DNA of 64,000 nucleotides from Eledone cirrhosa (lineage: Eukaryota). The stretch spans positions 49,662,001-49,726,000 of the forward strand of contig OZ024745.1 in the NCBI GenBank assembly GCA_964016885.1, written 5' to 3'. Shown here piece after piece: positions 15,437 to 28,975 of the stretch (its first letter is position 1; each line of letters starts with the position of its first letter). The position numbers were made by a program, and so were the translations under genes. The notes under the pieces are model-generated. The model saw nothing but the letters and a program-made list of their open reading frames with translations. It did not search any database and was not told the DNA's origin.

Positions 15437-15613
15437 TATATATAATATGTATATATATATATAATATATATATATATACAATATATATATATTCCTGTAG
15501 AATCTCATCTATATTAAAACTGTTATACTCTGCTATGTATTGAGTACCTTACTTACTGTGGTTACCTCCGATTCAACCCGGAATAACGTATATATAATAT
15601 ATATATATATACA

Positions 15614-15674
<61 letters not shown>

Positions 15675-15743
15675 GAATCCAAACCTCGGTTTGGAGGAAA
15701 CAGCTGTAAGCACAATAATGTTTTGAGCAGTTCTTTGATTCTT

Positions 15744-15838
<95 letters not shown>

Positions 15839-15844
15839 AATATA

Positions 15845-15925
<81 letters not shown>

Positions 15926-17288
15926 AAGAATCAAAGAACTGCTCAAAACATTATTGTGCTTACAGCTGTTTCCTCCAAACCGAGGTTTGGATTCTTCGGA
16001 GCAATTTATTAATGCATGGACAGTTATATGACCTCCTTTTCAGCCGAGAGACATACCGATACATATTCAAACATTGAGGGTCAACATTCATTACAGAATT
16101 TAGAGTGGCAGTACACACTTCGAGATTACATTTATATTAAGAGGTACAATCAAAAATCAAAATACAGGTTAAAATACAACATGAAGATAAGCGGTTATAT
16201 AGTGCAAATGTTATATGTGTGGCACGCATGTGTGTCTTGTTTATATAGTGTGGCAGAGAGATATGTGTGGTAGAGGCACTTAGGTAGGTAAACAAGAGTG
16301 TTAAGTTGGTAGATCTGGTGGCAAATTCTTTATATGATTGATATAGTCTGTGTGTGGAGAAATATTATAAGCATTAAAAATAGTGCAAGCATTAAAAGTG
16401 TTAAACATATTGGAGATGCACAGTGCAGGGAAGTCAAGTATTTCATGTACTTCGGCATTTTCATGGTCAGGGGAGTGTATTTATCGATTATATGCCCTTC
16501 GCATAATCCACGACAATCCAGTTAGAGATCGTAGTCTGGTGTTCTTTAGTTCAATACCGGAGGCTGTTACGTTTCGAGAAACGCCATTGAATACCGCCCG
16601 GAAGTGTGTGTGTGGCTAAGGGGAGTTAATGCATGCGGGGAGGTAACTCTGGGGTTTCTATACCTAGCTATTAAAATGTGTCCCAATATAGACCTTAATT
16701 TCTATGGTGATGCGCATCCTCCAAGAGAAATTTTTAAAGCATAAAGTGTATTAACTATAGAGTAGTTTAATTAAGTTATGCTGAAGGTGATCATATTATT
16801 ATGGTGGATTAACCCATCGTCAGGTGCCACAAATGGAAATTATAGATGATGAGCGAGGATTCCAAATAATGATCTCTGTGGTCGTAGTCTACTCATAGGA
16901 CCAGGTGCGGTGATTGCAGGATTGCTTCAGGACCCAATGATCTCTGGTAAGATCTGGGTCATCGCTTGCTACATTGGATGTCGAGAGATAATCATCCCCA
17001 GGCCGGCCAGAGGTCAATCCGCAGTCCTCGCGACTCCTCTTTGACCGTCAGATCATCCATATATGTACAACCCGCACGGCTGTTGCAATGCATTCACTCA
17101 CTGTGCTCAGCAGCCTGGTTCTACTGGTCAACAGCGTTACTAGATTAAAACAGTTTTCATATGTCTAAGGAAGGTGTTTCCTCTGCACAACACTATCCAA
17201 CCTTAGAGCGGTGTAGTGTAGTTCAAGTGGGTGGATGTTGTCGCACCTGACGTAGAGGTATAAATGGGTATTCTCCCTGCGAAGGGTT

Positions 17289-18977
17289 CAATTTGATATC
17301 AATTCATACTACACCTCTATTTCCCCTATCCTATTAAATAAGGCACTTATCATGGCCATGAGCAATAGCGACCTGACTAGAGCCCAGGTTGATGTCATCC
17401 TTGCGGCCCGTAAAACCATAATCACCTTCGAGGACCAACTATGGACACGCAAGGATACGCACAACAACTTCGACATAACCATGGGATCTAGTGACTCGGC
17501 GCAGGTCACTGATTTGGTCGGCCTATACCTCCTCAATGAAATCCATAAGGACCTCCCTTACCTCAACGGTGGTTTGTACCGCGATGATGCACTTCTACTT
17601 ATAGAATATAAAAAATTTAATATAGAAAGAACTAGAAAGCAATTGCATAAGACATTCAAAAACTTTAACCTTAGTATCACCATGGACAAAAACACTAAAA
17701 ATGTTAACTTCCTAGACGCCACACTATACCTAGACTCAAAAATATATACACCTTTCCATAAGCCTAACGAGAAACTTATTTACGTAGATACCAAGTCTAA
17801 TCACCCTAGATCAATATTAAATTCTATCTCTAAGGGGGTGTCCAATAGAATCTCTAGACTGTCCTATGACGCAAACATATTTAGCAAAAACTCACAATAT
17901 TACAATCAAGCATTAGCTAGCTCCGGCCATAATATAGAAATTGAGTTCCTACCTAAGAAAACACATAGCTACAACATCATCTCGCACAACATGTCCATGA
18001 GGAAACATAATAATAGGAATAGCAACCACAAGCGCACCAAAGCGGAGGGTGCCACCGGAAGTAACCATTACCATGGAAACTACTGTGGGGCCTTAGGAGG
18101 AAGCAACACACTAAACACTAAAAGCAAAAATAGAAGAAGAAATAATACATTTTTCAACCCTCCTTTCAACCTAAATGTCTCCACCAACATACCTAGGGCT
18201 TTCTTCTCACTACTAGATAAAAACTTCCCTCTAGGACACAAGTACCACAACCTCTTAAACAAAAACACCATTAAAATTTCATACTCTACGACGCCTAACT
18301 TAGCATACCACATAGCTAGCAGCAATAATAGTAAAATTGGTTCTTACTTCCAACAAACAAAATCACAACGGGATGCAAACCCTCTAAATACCACTGTAGC
18401 AAGCAACCATAGCAACGGCAGTAACAATAGAAATAACACTAGTATAAGTAATAACACCAGGGTTGTCAACCCGAACACCCAAAATCCTATAGCTACCACA
18501 CAGACCTCCGCACTGCATTATAACCAGCGGACTAACGCACAGGATAATTGTAACTGTAGAGCTAATAGAACCTGCCCTTTAGATAAAAAATGCCTAACCA
18601 AGGATATCATATACTCATGCACCGTCACAACTAGCAACTCTTCAGAAACCTATGTAGGCTCCACTTCTAACTGCTTCAAAATCAGATATAATTCGCACAT
18701 CCACTCGTTCAAAAAGCACAGCCTAGCAAACTCCACCTCACTTTCTAGCTACATACACTATCTAAAATCTAAAAATAAACCATACACACTCAAATGGGAA
18801 GTGATAGGCAGCGCGACCTCGTACAAACCACCTAATAAATTTTGTAACCTTTGTATACTAGAGACACACAATATTATCTTCTCCAACCGTAACCTACTTA
18901 ACAAAAAATCTGAGGTGTTTGCAACTTGCCAGCACCGCTTCAGACATTCCTTCCAAAACTTTAAGCCCAATATATAG
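17289..18977 (+). CDS. Penelope/Naiad-type reverse transcriptase + GIY-YIG endonuclease (partial, uninterrupted)
   Basis: QFDINSYYTSI, FDITMGSSDSAQVTDLVGLYLL, GLYRDD, VNFLD, SNHP, FFNPPF, CNCR..CPL..CL, IIYSC..YVGST..FKIRYNSH, CNLCILE, LLNKKSE..CQH. Confidence 0.9.
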   Translation, partial: QFDINSYYTSISPILLNKALIMAMSNSDLTRAQVDVILAARKTIITFEDQLWTRKDTHNNFDITMGSSDSAQVTDLVGLYLLNEIHKDLPYLNGGLYRDDALLLIEYKKFNIERTRKQLHKTFKNFNLSITMDKNTKNVNFLDATLYLDSKIYTPFHKPNEKLIYVDTKSNHPRSILNSISKGVSNRISRLSYDANIFSKNSQYYNQALASSGHNIEIEFLPKKTHSYNIISHNMSMRKHNNRNSNHKRTKAEGATGSNHYHGNYCGALGGSNTLNTKSKNRRRNNTFFNPPFNLNVSTNIPRAFFSLLDKNFPLGHKYHNLLNKNTIKISYSTTPNLAYHIASSNNSKIGSYFQQTKSQRDANPLNTTVASNHSNGSNNRNNTSISNNTRVVNPNTQNPIATTQTSALHYNQRTNAQDNCNCRANRTCPLDKKCLTKDIIYSCTVTTSNSSETYVGSTSNCFKIRYNSHIHSFKKHSLANSTSLSSYIHYLKSKNKPYTLKWEVIGSATSYKPPNKFCNLCILETHNIIFSNRNLLNKKSEVFATCQHRFRHSFQNFKPNI

Positions 18978-20401
18978 CAATGTCGGACTGGAACCTAACA
19001 CCACATCTAGCATCAAACACCAGAGACACACCTTATACTACATACCCAACACTAACTGATCTATTATAACACAAACAACGACATCCCTCCGGAACCCTTC
19101 GCAGGGAGAATACCCATTTATACCTCTACGTCAGGTGCGACAACATCCACCCACTTGAACTGCACTACACCGCTCTAAGGGTAATTTGAGCATGAATTGA
19201 TCGGTTGGATAGTGTTGTGCAGAGGAAACACCTTCCTTAGACACGTGAAAACTGTTTTAATCTAGTAACGCTGTTGACCAGTAGAACCAGGCTGCTGAGC
19301 ACAGTGAGTGAATGCATTGCAACAGCCGTGCGGGTTGTACATATATGGATGATCTGACGGTCAAAGAGGGGTCGCGAGGACTGCGGATTGACCTCTGGCC
19401 GGCCTGGGGATGATTATCTCTCGACATCCAATGTAACAAGCGATGACCCAGATCTTACCAGAGATCATTGGGTCCTGAAGCAATCCTGCAATCACCGCAC
19501 CTGGTCCTATGAGTAGACTACGACCACAGAGATCATTATTTGGAATCCTCGCTCATCATCTATAATTTCCATTTGTGGCACCTGACGATGGGTTAATCCA
19601 CCATAATAATATGATCACCTTCAGCATAACTTAATTAAACTACTCTATAGTTAATACACTTTATGCTTTAAAAATTTCTCTTGGAGGATGCGCATCACCA
19701 TAGAAATTAAGGTCTATATTGGGACACATTTTAATAGCTAGGTATAGAAACCCCAGAGTTACCTCCCCGCATGCATTAACTCCCCTTAGCCACACACACA
19801 CTTCCGGGCGGTATTCAATGGCGTTTCTCGAAACGTAACAGCCTCCGGTATTGAACTAAAGAACACCAGACTACGATCTCTAACTGGATTGTCGTGGATT
19901 ATGCGAAGGGCATATAATCGATAAATACACTCCCCTGACCATGAAAATGCCGAAGTACATGAAATACTTGACTTCCCTGCGCTGTGCATCTCCAATATGT
20001 TTAACACTTTTAATGCTTGCACTATTTTTAATGCTTATAATATTTCTCCACACACAGACTATATCAATCATATAAAGAATTTGCCACCAGATCTACCAAC
20101 CTAACACTCTTGTTTACCTACCTAAGTGCCTCTACCACACATATCTCTCTGCCACACTATATAAACAAGACGCACATGCGTGCCACACATATAACATTTG
20201 CACTATATAACCGCTTATCTTCATGTTGTATTTTAACCTGTATTTTGATTTTTGATTGTACCTCTTAATATAAATGTAATCTCGAAGTGTGTACTGCCAC
20301 TCTAAATTCTGTAATGAATGTTGACCCTCAATGTTTGAATATGTATCGGTATGTCTCTCGGCTGAAAAGGAGGTCATATAACTGTCCATGCATTAATAAA
20401 T

Positions 20402-20448
20402 TGCTCCGAAGAATCCAAACCTCGGTTTGGAGGAAACAGCTGTAAGCA
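20402..20448 (+). ncRNA. Hammerhead motif in Naiad pseudo-LTR with CCGAAGA core (mirror copy ~15957-16003, minus)
   Basis: tgct-CCGAAGA-a-tccaaac-ctcg-gtttgga-g-GAAA-cagctg-TA-agca. Confidence 0.65.
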
Positions 20449-20662
20449 CAATAATGTTTTGAGCAGTTCTTTGATTCTTATATTTCATATAACTGCTCTG
20501 TAAATCATCTGATGTTTTTACATTGAGCTACTTAACTTACTGGTAATAAGGTAGTAATACATTACTGCCTACCACTATTTAGGGTGTGTGTAAAATACTT
20601 ACAACTGCTTAAGGTTTTGTGTTTACATAACCATAAATAGTATAACTAATACTATATATATA

Positions 20663-20731
<69 letters not shown>

Positions 20732-20896
20732 ATATATATATATATATATATTGTATATATATATATATATTGTATATATATATTATATATATATATTATA
20801 TATTATATATATATTATATATATATATTGTATATATATATATATTATATATATATATATTGTATATATATATATTATATATATAACATATATATAT

Positions 20897-21058
20897 AATT
20901 TGGAGATAATTATAAAGAATTCATATCATTCCTGACGACGGAATGCTTCTCTATATCTTCTACGGAAAATATATTTACTCCATTCCAGAAACTAATTAGT
21001 TGGAAGTGATATTTTAGTAAGTAAGTTAATTTTATAATTTTCTTATTTTACGTCTCTC

Positions 21059-21062
<4 letters not shown>
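20897..21062 (+). repeat. Hammerhead-bearing pseudo-LTR-like unit (inverted copy 24203-24367, direct partial copy 24625-24755)
   Basis: atatcattc-CTGACGA-c-ggaatg...cattcc-a-GAAA-ctaattag-TT-ggaagtgatat. Confidence 0.75.
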
Positions 21063-21089
<27 letters not shown>

Positions 21090-21106
21090 TACATATATAT
21101 ATATTG

Positions 21107-21137
<31 letters not shown>

Positions 21138-21173
21138 TATATATTATATATATATGTATATATATATATACAT

Positions 21174-21206
<33 letters not shown>

Positions 21207-21231
21207 CATATATATATATATATAAATACAT

Positions 21232-24137
21232 ATACCGAAATATACTGTATTTCGTTCGGACAGGAAGGAGAGAACTCATGGTGGGGTTGCTCTGTATATC
21301 CGTGAAGATGTCACACCAATTGTACTGTTGACACATTCAAACTCAGTCTGTGACACACTGATAATACATATGAAGCAACTACAGACGGTAATATGTGTCA
21401 CATATCGGCCGCCCGATGCCCCCAGTCATGAGGGTAAATTTGAGGATAGCCTAAGTAGGATAGAAGAGGTCCTTGACAAACTGGACCAGGGTCTCAACAT
21501 CCTACTGCTGGGAGACTTCAACCTACCAAAGGTCAAATGGCCTGAGGGCCACCTCCTCCCTGGAATGACGTCAATAGAACAGAGACAGACGGAATCCCTG
21601 CTGGCCCTCACACACAGGCTGTTCATGGAGCAAGCAATACTCCTCCCAACAAGAGGCGAAAATGTCCTGGACCTCTGTTTTACAAACAACGAAGTGCTCA
21701 TCCACAATGTAAAGGTGACACCAACAATTCTCTCGGATCATAACTTGGTAGAGCTAATGATATGTGGTCCAAGAGAACCAACAGAGACAAAACCACCAAG
21801 AAGCTCCGGGACGCTATCCAGCCTTAACTTCTACGGGGCTGACTGGAAGAAGATTAAGAGTGATATCCGGAAGCAAACATGGAGTGCAAACATCGCCACA
21901 CAAGACACTAACACACAATTTCAACACTTCATGACAACGATACACACCATATGCAAAAAGTGTGTCCCGGAGAAAGAGGCAAACAGACACAAAAATCTTA
22001 TTCCCAGAGATAGGAAAATCCTTATGAGACGTAGAACTAAACTCTCAAACCAGTTGAATAGTCAACAAAACCAAAACAAGAAGGAATCCTATTTGAAACG
22101 TGCACTACTTGACACCGAGATTGCACTCAAGCTTTCACATGAGAATGAGAGGGCAAGGAAAGAGAACAGGGCCATAGAAAACATTAAAACAAACCCTAAG
22201 GCCTTCTTTAAATTTGCAAAAGAAACTGCCTCAGTACACTGCAAGATTGGACCACTCTTCCACACGGACGGTTCATTAACCGAAAATCCCCAAGAGATAT
22301 GTGAAATACTGAACGAACAGTACAAAAGTGTCTTCACATGTCCACTGAGGCACATGCAAATAACGAAGCCAGAGGAGTTCTTTGATGCCACAACACTACA
22401 TCAAGAAATGGCAACCATCAACCACATAGACATAACGGAGGAGGATGTGGTGTACGCCATTGATGAAATTAGAACAGACTCGGCTGCTGGACCTGATGGA
22501 TTCCCAGCAGTTCTCCTAAAAATATGTAAGCGGGCCTTAGCAACTCCACTGAAGATGCTCTTCAGAAGCTCCTTGGCTAGCGGTGTACTACCCGGGGAGC
22601 TGAAAGAAGGCACAATATGCCCTATCCATAAAGGAGGTAGTAGAGCAGAGGCCAAGAACTATAGGCCAGTCTCCCTGACGTCGCATATCAGTAAGGTCAT
22701 GGAGCGAGTCGTCAGAAAGAAACTAATCACTTTCCTCAAAGAAAATGACCGCCTGACTAGCACGCAACATGGCTTCCGCCCAGGAAGAAGCTGCCTTACA
22801 CAGCTGCTACATCACTACGACTGGGTACTGAGACAACTACTAGACAGCTCACATGTAGACGTGATATATCTTGACTTTGCGAAGGCCTTTGACAAGGTCG
22901 ACCACGGAATGATATGTCACAAACTACACGGACTCGGCATAACTGGAAAAGTAGGTGAGTGGCTGCATGGCTTCCTAAGGGACAGAAGCCAGGCAGTCGC
23001 AGCAAATGGGGCCCTCTCGAGGGAAACACCGATAACAAGTGGGGTGCCTCAGGGGACAGTCCTGGGACCACTACTGTTTTTGGTGGCTCTCTCGGACATG
23101 CCCTCTGTGATGCATGCAACAACATCCCTCACTAGCTATGCTGATGACACTAAGGTAGCACAGGCAATCAAAAACCCGGCTGACGCTGCCCTCTTACAGC
23201 AGGATCTGGATGCCATATACAGATGGGCGGAAGAAAACAACATGCAGTTTAATGCTGGCAAATTCCAAGCCCTACAATACAAACCTGCAAACACAAACAC
23301 AAATATAGCGGAACACAGCTACACAGGACTAGGAGGGACCGATATCCCCGTGTCAAAATCGATACGAGACCTGGGCATAGACATGAGCGATGATGCATCT
23401 TTTTCTTCACACATCATGAAGGTGGCGACAGCATGTAGACGATTCGCTGGCTGGATCTTGAGGACTTTCCTTACAAGAGATCGAGACACCATGTTGACAC
23501 TGTGGAGGACTTTTGTCCTAAGCCGCCTGGACTACTGCTCCCAGCTGTGGTCACCCCATAGTGTCAAACTAACCACGGAGCTTGAGGCAATCCAGCGAAG
23601 CTACACCAAGAGGATTGCCAAGATGAGGGAGACAAGCTACTGGGAGAGGCTGAAGGAACTGAACCTCTACTCCTTGGAGCGAAGACGGGAGAGATACGCA
23701 GTGATCTACATGTGGAAAATCCTGGAGGGACTAGCACCAAACTTTGGTATTGGGAGCTGGACCAACCGTCGAACAGGACGTCACTGTGTGGTGCCAAAGG
23801 TCCCGTCTTCCACATCTAGAATAAGGAGCAGGTATTGCAATAGCCTGGGATTCAAGGGCCCTCAACTCTTCAACAGGCTGCCGAGGCATCTGCGAGACTT
23901 GCATGACGTGGAGGTGGATGTCTTTAAGAAACATCTCGACACCTTGTTATCCAGGATCCCGGATGAGCCCACAGCAAGACACGAGGGAAACCTAAGGGCA
24001 GCAGCAACAAACTCCCTCCTACACCAGTGGCCAACCTATACAGGCTGGAGATAAAATGTGTAGCAACAAGGGCGGTGCCCCAGCATGGCCTCAGCCGGAT
24101 GGCTGAAACAGGTAAAAGTAAAAGTAAAAGTAAAAGT
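21232..24137 (+). mobile_element. CR1-group LINE, 5'-truncated within the APE domain, otherwise intact ORF2 (frame open 21232-24054); (GTAAAA)n tail
   Basis: RSDRKERTHGGVALYI, YRPP, LGDFNLP, LDLCF, SDH, NYRPVSL, QHGFR, YLDFAKAFDKV, GVPQGTVLGP, YADD, YWERLKELNLYSLERRRERY. Confidence 0.93.
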
Positions 24138-24167
24138 ATATATATATATACAATATATATATATGTA

Positions 24168-24210
<43 letters not shown>

Positions 24211-24863
24211 CGTAAAATAAGAAAATTATAAAATTAACTTACTTACTAAAATATCACTTCCAACTAATTAGTTTCTGGAATGGAGTAAATATATTTTCCG
24301 TAGAAGATATAGAGAAGCATTCCGTCGTCAGGAATGATATGAATTCTTTATAATTATCTCCAAATTATTTGTCGAGCAATATTGGCCATGACTGCTGCTA
24401 TGGTAGTAGGCAGGCCGCTGTCTTAATAGCGAACCACTTTCCACTGATTGACCTCAATGTCACGTGTTCGATTCTTTTTGAATTTGCCACAGACGCAGAG
24501 GCAGAGATTTTCTCAATGGCTAGGAATTCAGTCCACGCTTCGCTATTTCCTTTCCACTGAATTATTTTTTAATAAGTTTCCAGAGTCCTCGCTTTGCCTG
24601 GAAATTTATACGAGAATAGACTTTCCTGGCGACGGAATGCTTCTCTATATCTTCTACGGAAAATATATTTACTCCATTCCAGAAACTAATTAGTTGGAAG
24701 TGATATTTTAGTAAGTAAGTTAATTTTATAATTTTCTTATTTTACGTCTCTCATATTATTGTTCTGCAACCCCATGCATTGAACCACAATGTTATTAAGA
24801 CAAAACCTATATATTTGCTAGCATCGATATGCATATGTATGTATATATATGTTATATATATGT

Positions 24864-24900
<37 letters not shown>

Positions 24901-24908
24901 GAATTCTT

Positions 24909-24935
<27 letters not shown>

Positions 24936-24939
<4 letters not shown>

Positions 24940-25207
24940 TATTATGTAATAAACAACATAAGGCAATTATTCCATTTACCAGTGGTTTCTTAAAAGCAAA
25001 AGGTTTTGCTTTCAATCCTCAGAATGAAAAAATCCTGGTTTGTTTATTGAATTTGGATCTTAAAAAAACCGTTTTTTTTTTAAGATCCAAATTCAATAAA
25101 CAAACCAGGATTTTTTCATTCTGAGGATTGAAAGCAAAACCTTTTGCTTTTAAGAAACCACTGGTAAATGGAATAATTGCCTTATGTTGTTTATTACATA
25201 ATAATAA
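24936..25207. repeat. Near-perfect palindrome, ~135-bp arms, almost no spacer
   Basis: 24936-25068 is the reverse complement of 25072-25207. Confidence 0.92.
25114..25173 (+). ncRNA. Type I hammerhead ribozyme (mirror copy 24970-25028, minus)
   Basis: tttcatt-CTGAGGA-ttgaaagcaaaa-cc-ttttgcttttaa-GAAA-ccactgg-TA-aatggaa. Confidence 0.8.
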
Positions 25208-25269
25208 TTAAGCTCTGTTGCTTACATAGAGCACTCTTTTTTCCTGGACTTTTCCGACGGAATTACTTC

Positions 25270-25341
<72 letters not shown>

Positions 25342-25376
25342 TATATATAATATATATATATATGTATATATAATAT

Positions 25377-25410
<34 letters not shown>

Positions 25411-25425
25411 ATATATATATATAAT

Positions 25426-25495
<70 letters not shown>

Positions 25496-25527
25496 GATAA
25501 ATCTATGTGTATGTGTATGTATGTATG

Positions 25528-25582
<55 letters not shown>

Positions 25583-25702
25583 CTTTATTATTATAATATA
25601 ACTTATGTGTATGTATGTATAAGTGAGGTTGTGTACGTGTATATAATATGTGTATATATAAGTGTAATTAATGTATATATATATGTGCATGTCTGTTTTT
25701 TA

Positions 25703-25736
<34 letters not shown>

Positions 25737-25804
25737 CGTGTGTATATATATATATATGTGGGTGTTTGTATGTGTATTTATGGTGGTATGAGTGTGTGGA
25801 TATC

Positions 25805-25846
<42 letters not shown>

Positions 25847-25849
25847 AGT

Positions 25850-25917
<68 letters not shown>

Positions 25918-26311
25918 ATGTATGTGTCTCTATATATATATCTCTATTAATGCGTGTGTGTATGTATATACATATGCCTTTTTATTATTATTTTTATTTG
26001 TATGTCTGAGTTAGGTGAGGTTGTAGTTTTTTTATGTATATATGCATATATAGATGCGTATGTATTTGTATATATGAGTATAAGTAAGTGCATAAGTATG
26101 TATGATTATATATCTAATTCTATGTATGAATATACATGTATATATATATGTGTGTATGTAAGTTGTGTGTGTATGTATCTACATGTCTATGTGTGTGTAT
26201 ATATATATATGTATATATATATATATGTATATCGATGTGCGTATATGTATGTACATGTATGTACATGTATGTGTGTATGTATGTGTATGTATATTTAGAT
26301 GTATGTGTGTC

Positions 26312-26358
<47 letters not shown>

Positions 26359-26650
26359 ATATATATATAGGTATATATCTTTATTATTTATTTTTTTATA
26401 TATATGTGTATGTGTGTATGTGTTGCGTGTGTGTGTGTGTGTGTATATATATATCTTTATATATGTGTATGTGTATGTTCGTGTAAGTGTATGTGTGTGT
26501 ATGACTGTATATGTATGTGTGTATGTGTGTATGCGTAAATATTTCTATGTGTGCGTACATGTATGTATGTGTATATATCTGTATGTGTATGTATATTATA
26601 TTATATTTATTATATTTTATTGTTTTATCTTTTTATTTTTCTTAATTTAT
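25270..26650. repeat. (TA)n and mixed TG/TA low-complexity tract
   Basis: Direct. Confidence 0.9.
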
Positions 26651-26651
26651 T

Positions 26652-28458
26652 TTAGCTATTGACCAGTTAATTTTATTGTTCATTTTTTGTCGATTCTATT
26701 AAATGATGAATAGCCCCTGTTTATTTTAACATGTCTATTGAGCACTCTTATTCGATATGTGTTTTTGTCACATTTTTCCGAATATTTTTGCGGATATAAA
26801 GGTTATCTCCCTTGCTGAAATCCATGTGCGTATTTTTAGCCTGGGTCTTATCTTTTTATCCATTCGGACGAAGCTCGTTGATGAAGTAACTCCAGTCCCC
26901 CGATTATCTGTAAGGCTTATATTTTTATATGAGCTGATAGATGACGGTTTAAGGATTTACAGAAACCCAAGAAGCTAGATATTCCATCTTTCTAGTGGGT
27001 CCGGGTATGCATTTTACATTCATTTCATTTATTGATTTATTGATAATTTATCTGAGTGGCCCGAATCTTCCATATCGAACTTTTCGGTTATTTGGTTGAT
27101 TGTAGACATATTCTACGTGTGACGGTATTTTAACGATAGTTATAGCTCTAATTTATTTGAATTATAGAGCCCTCTGCCGATCATCTCGAATTTTGTTTAT
27201 CGTGAACTCGTGCGCCGATTTTTCGATACTCGATTATTCTACTATATTTAGCTCTAGACTTAGCTATTGACCAGTTAATTTTATTGTTCATTTTTTGTCG
27301 ATTCTATTAAATGATGAATAGCCCCTGTTTATTTTAACATGTCTATTGAGCACTCTTATTCGATATGTGTTTTTGTCACATTTTTCCGAATATTTTTGCG
27401 GATATAAAGGTTATCTCCCTTGCTGAAATCCATGTGCGTATTTTTAGCCTGGGTCTTATCTTTTTATCCATTCGGACGAAGCTCGTTGATGAAGTAACTC
27501 CAGTCCCCCGATTATCTGTAAGGCTTATATTTTTATATGAGCTGATAGATGACGGTTTAAGGATTTACAGAAACCCAAGAAGCTAGATATTCCATCTTTC
27601 TAGTGGGTCCGGGTATGCATTTTACATTCATTTCATTTATTGATTTATTGATAATTTATCTGAGTGGCCCGAATCTTCCATATCGAACTTTTCGGTTATT
27701 TGGTTGATTGTAGACATATTCTACGTGTGACGGTATTTTAACGATAGTTATAGCTCTAATTTATTTGAATTATAGAGCCCTCTGCCGATCATCTCGAATT
27801 TTGTTTATCGTGAACTCGTGCGCCGATTTTTCGATACTCGATTATTCTACTATATTTAGCTCTAGACTTAGCTATTGACCAGTTAATTTTATTGTTCATT
27901 TTTTGTCGATTCTATTAAATGATGAATAGCCCCTGTTTATTTTAACATGTCTATTGAGCACTCTTATTCGATATGTGTTTTTGTCACATTTTTCCGAATA
28001 TTTTTGCGGATATAAAGGTTATCTCCCTTGCTGAAATCCATGTGCGTATTTTTAGCCTGGGTCTTATCTTTTTATCCATTCGGACGAAGCTCGTTGATGA
28101 AGTAACTCCAGTCCCCCGATTATCTGTAAGGCTTATATTTTTATATGAGCTGATAGATGACGGTTTAAGGATTTACAGAAACCCAAGAAGCTAGATATTC
28201 CATCTTTCTAGTGGGTCCGGGTATGCATTTTACATTCATTTCATTTATTGATTTATTGATAATTTATCTGAGTGGCCCGAATCTTCCATATCGAACTTTT
28301 CGGTTATTTGGTTGATTGTAGACATATTCTACGTGTGACGGTATTTTAACGATAGTTATAGCTCTAATTTATTTGAATTATAGAGCCCTCTGCCGATCAT
28401 CTCGAATTTTGTTTATCGTGAACTCGTGCGCCGATTTTTCGATACTCGATTATTCTAC
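26652..28458. repeat. 608-bp tandem triplication
   Basis: Units start at 26652, 27260 and 27868; an identical 73-aa ORF recurs every 608 bp. Confidence 0.95.
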
Positions 28459-28975
28459 GATACATTTATATTAGACAGTTTGCTCAGACAGTTGAATACT
28501 GACCCCTCCCCCCCCCTCCCACCTAATTTCTGTATCTTGATCTAGAAATGTGTGTGCCAGTGTTTTATGTGAGTGAATTAATATCCATGTGCTTATGATT
28601 TTATATCCACATATATAAATGTGAGTGGGGGTGTGTGTGTGTTTGTATGTTCGTGGTTATGTGTATATTTATGCATATACGCGCGTGTATGTGTGATTGT
28701 ACTGATATGTGTGAGTATGAAAAAATATATTTATATACTTGATTTCATAAGTATCTTATCTGCGCATTGTAAGCTCACAGAGACATTAACCTTGAAATTT
28801 CGTATTTGCATCCATCCTTTTAGTATGCGTATACAAATTATACATACATTTTTGTAAAATATGTGTAAGGGTTTTACATGTATATACACACACCGAACTG
28901 CATTTAACCCTTTGTGTTTTCATTGGTCAATTTTGAACTGAAATTTTGAATTGTTGTTATTATCAATAAATATAC

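Larger units (their letters stand above)
15918..20490 (+). mobile_element. Penelope-like element (Naiad-type), 5'-truncated, with ~1.37-kb inverted pseudo-LTR (15918-17289 vs 19091-20490)
   Basis: Near-perfect long inverted repeat (mirrored ORFs in the track) around an RT/GIY-YIG frame; extra short copy at 15672-15751. Confidence 0.9.

Noticed and set aside
17289-18977. Selenocysteine recoding as reported for some Naiad elements
   Set aside because: No in-frame TGA in the retained frame
26757-28194. Three copies of a 73-aa ORF
   Set aside because: Consequence of the 608-bp triplication; no homology or splice support
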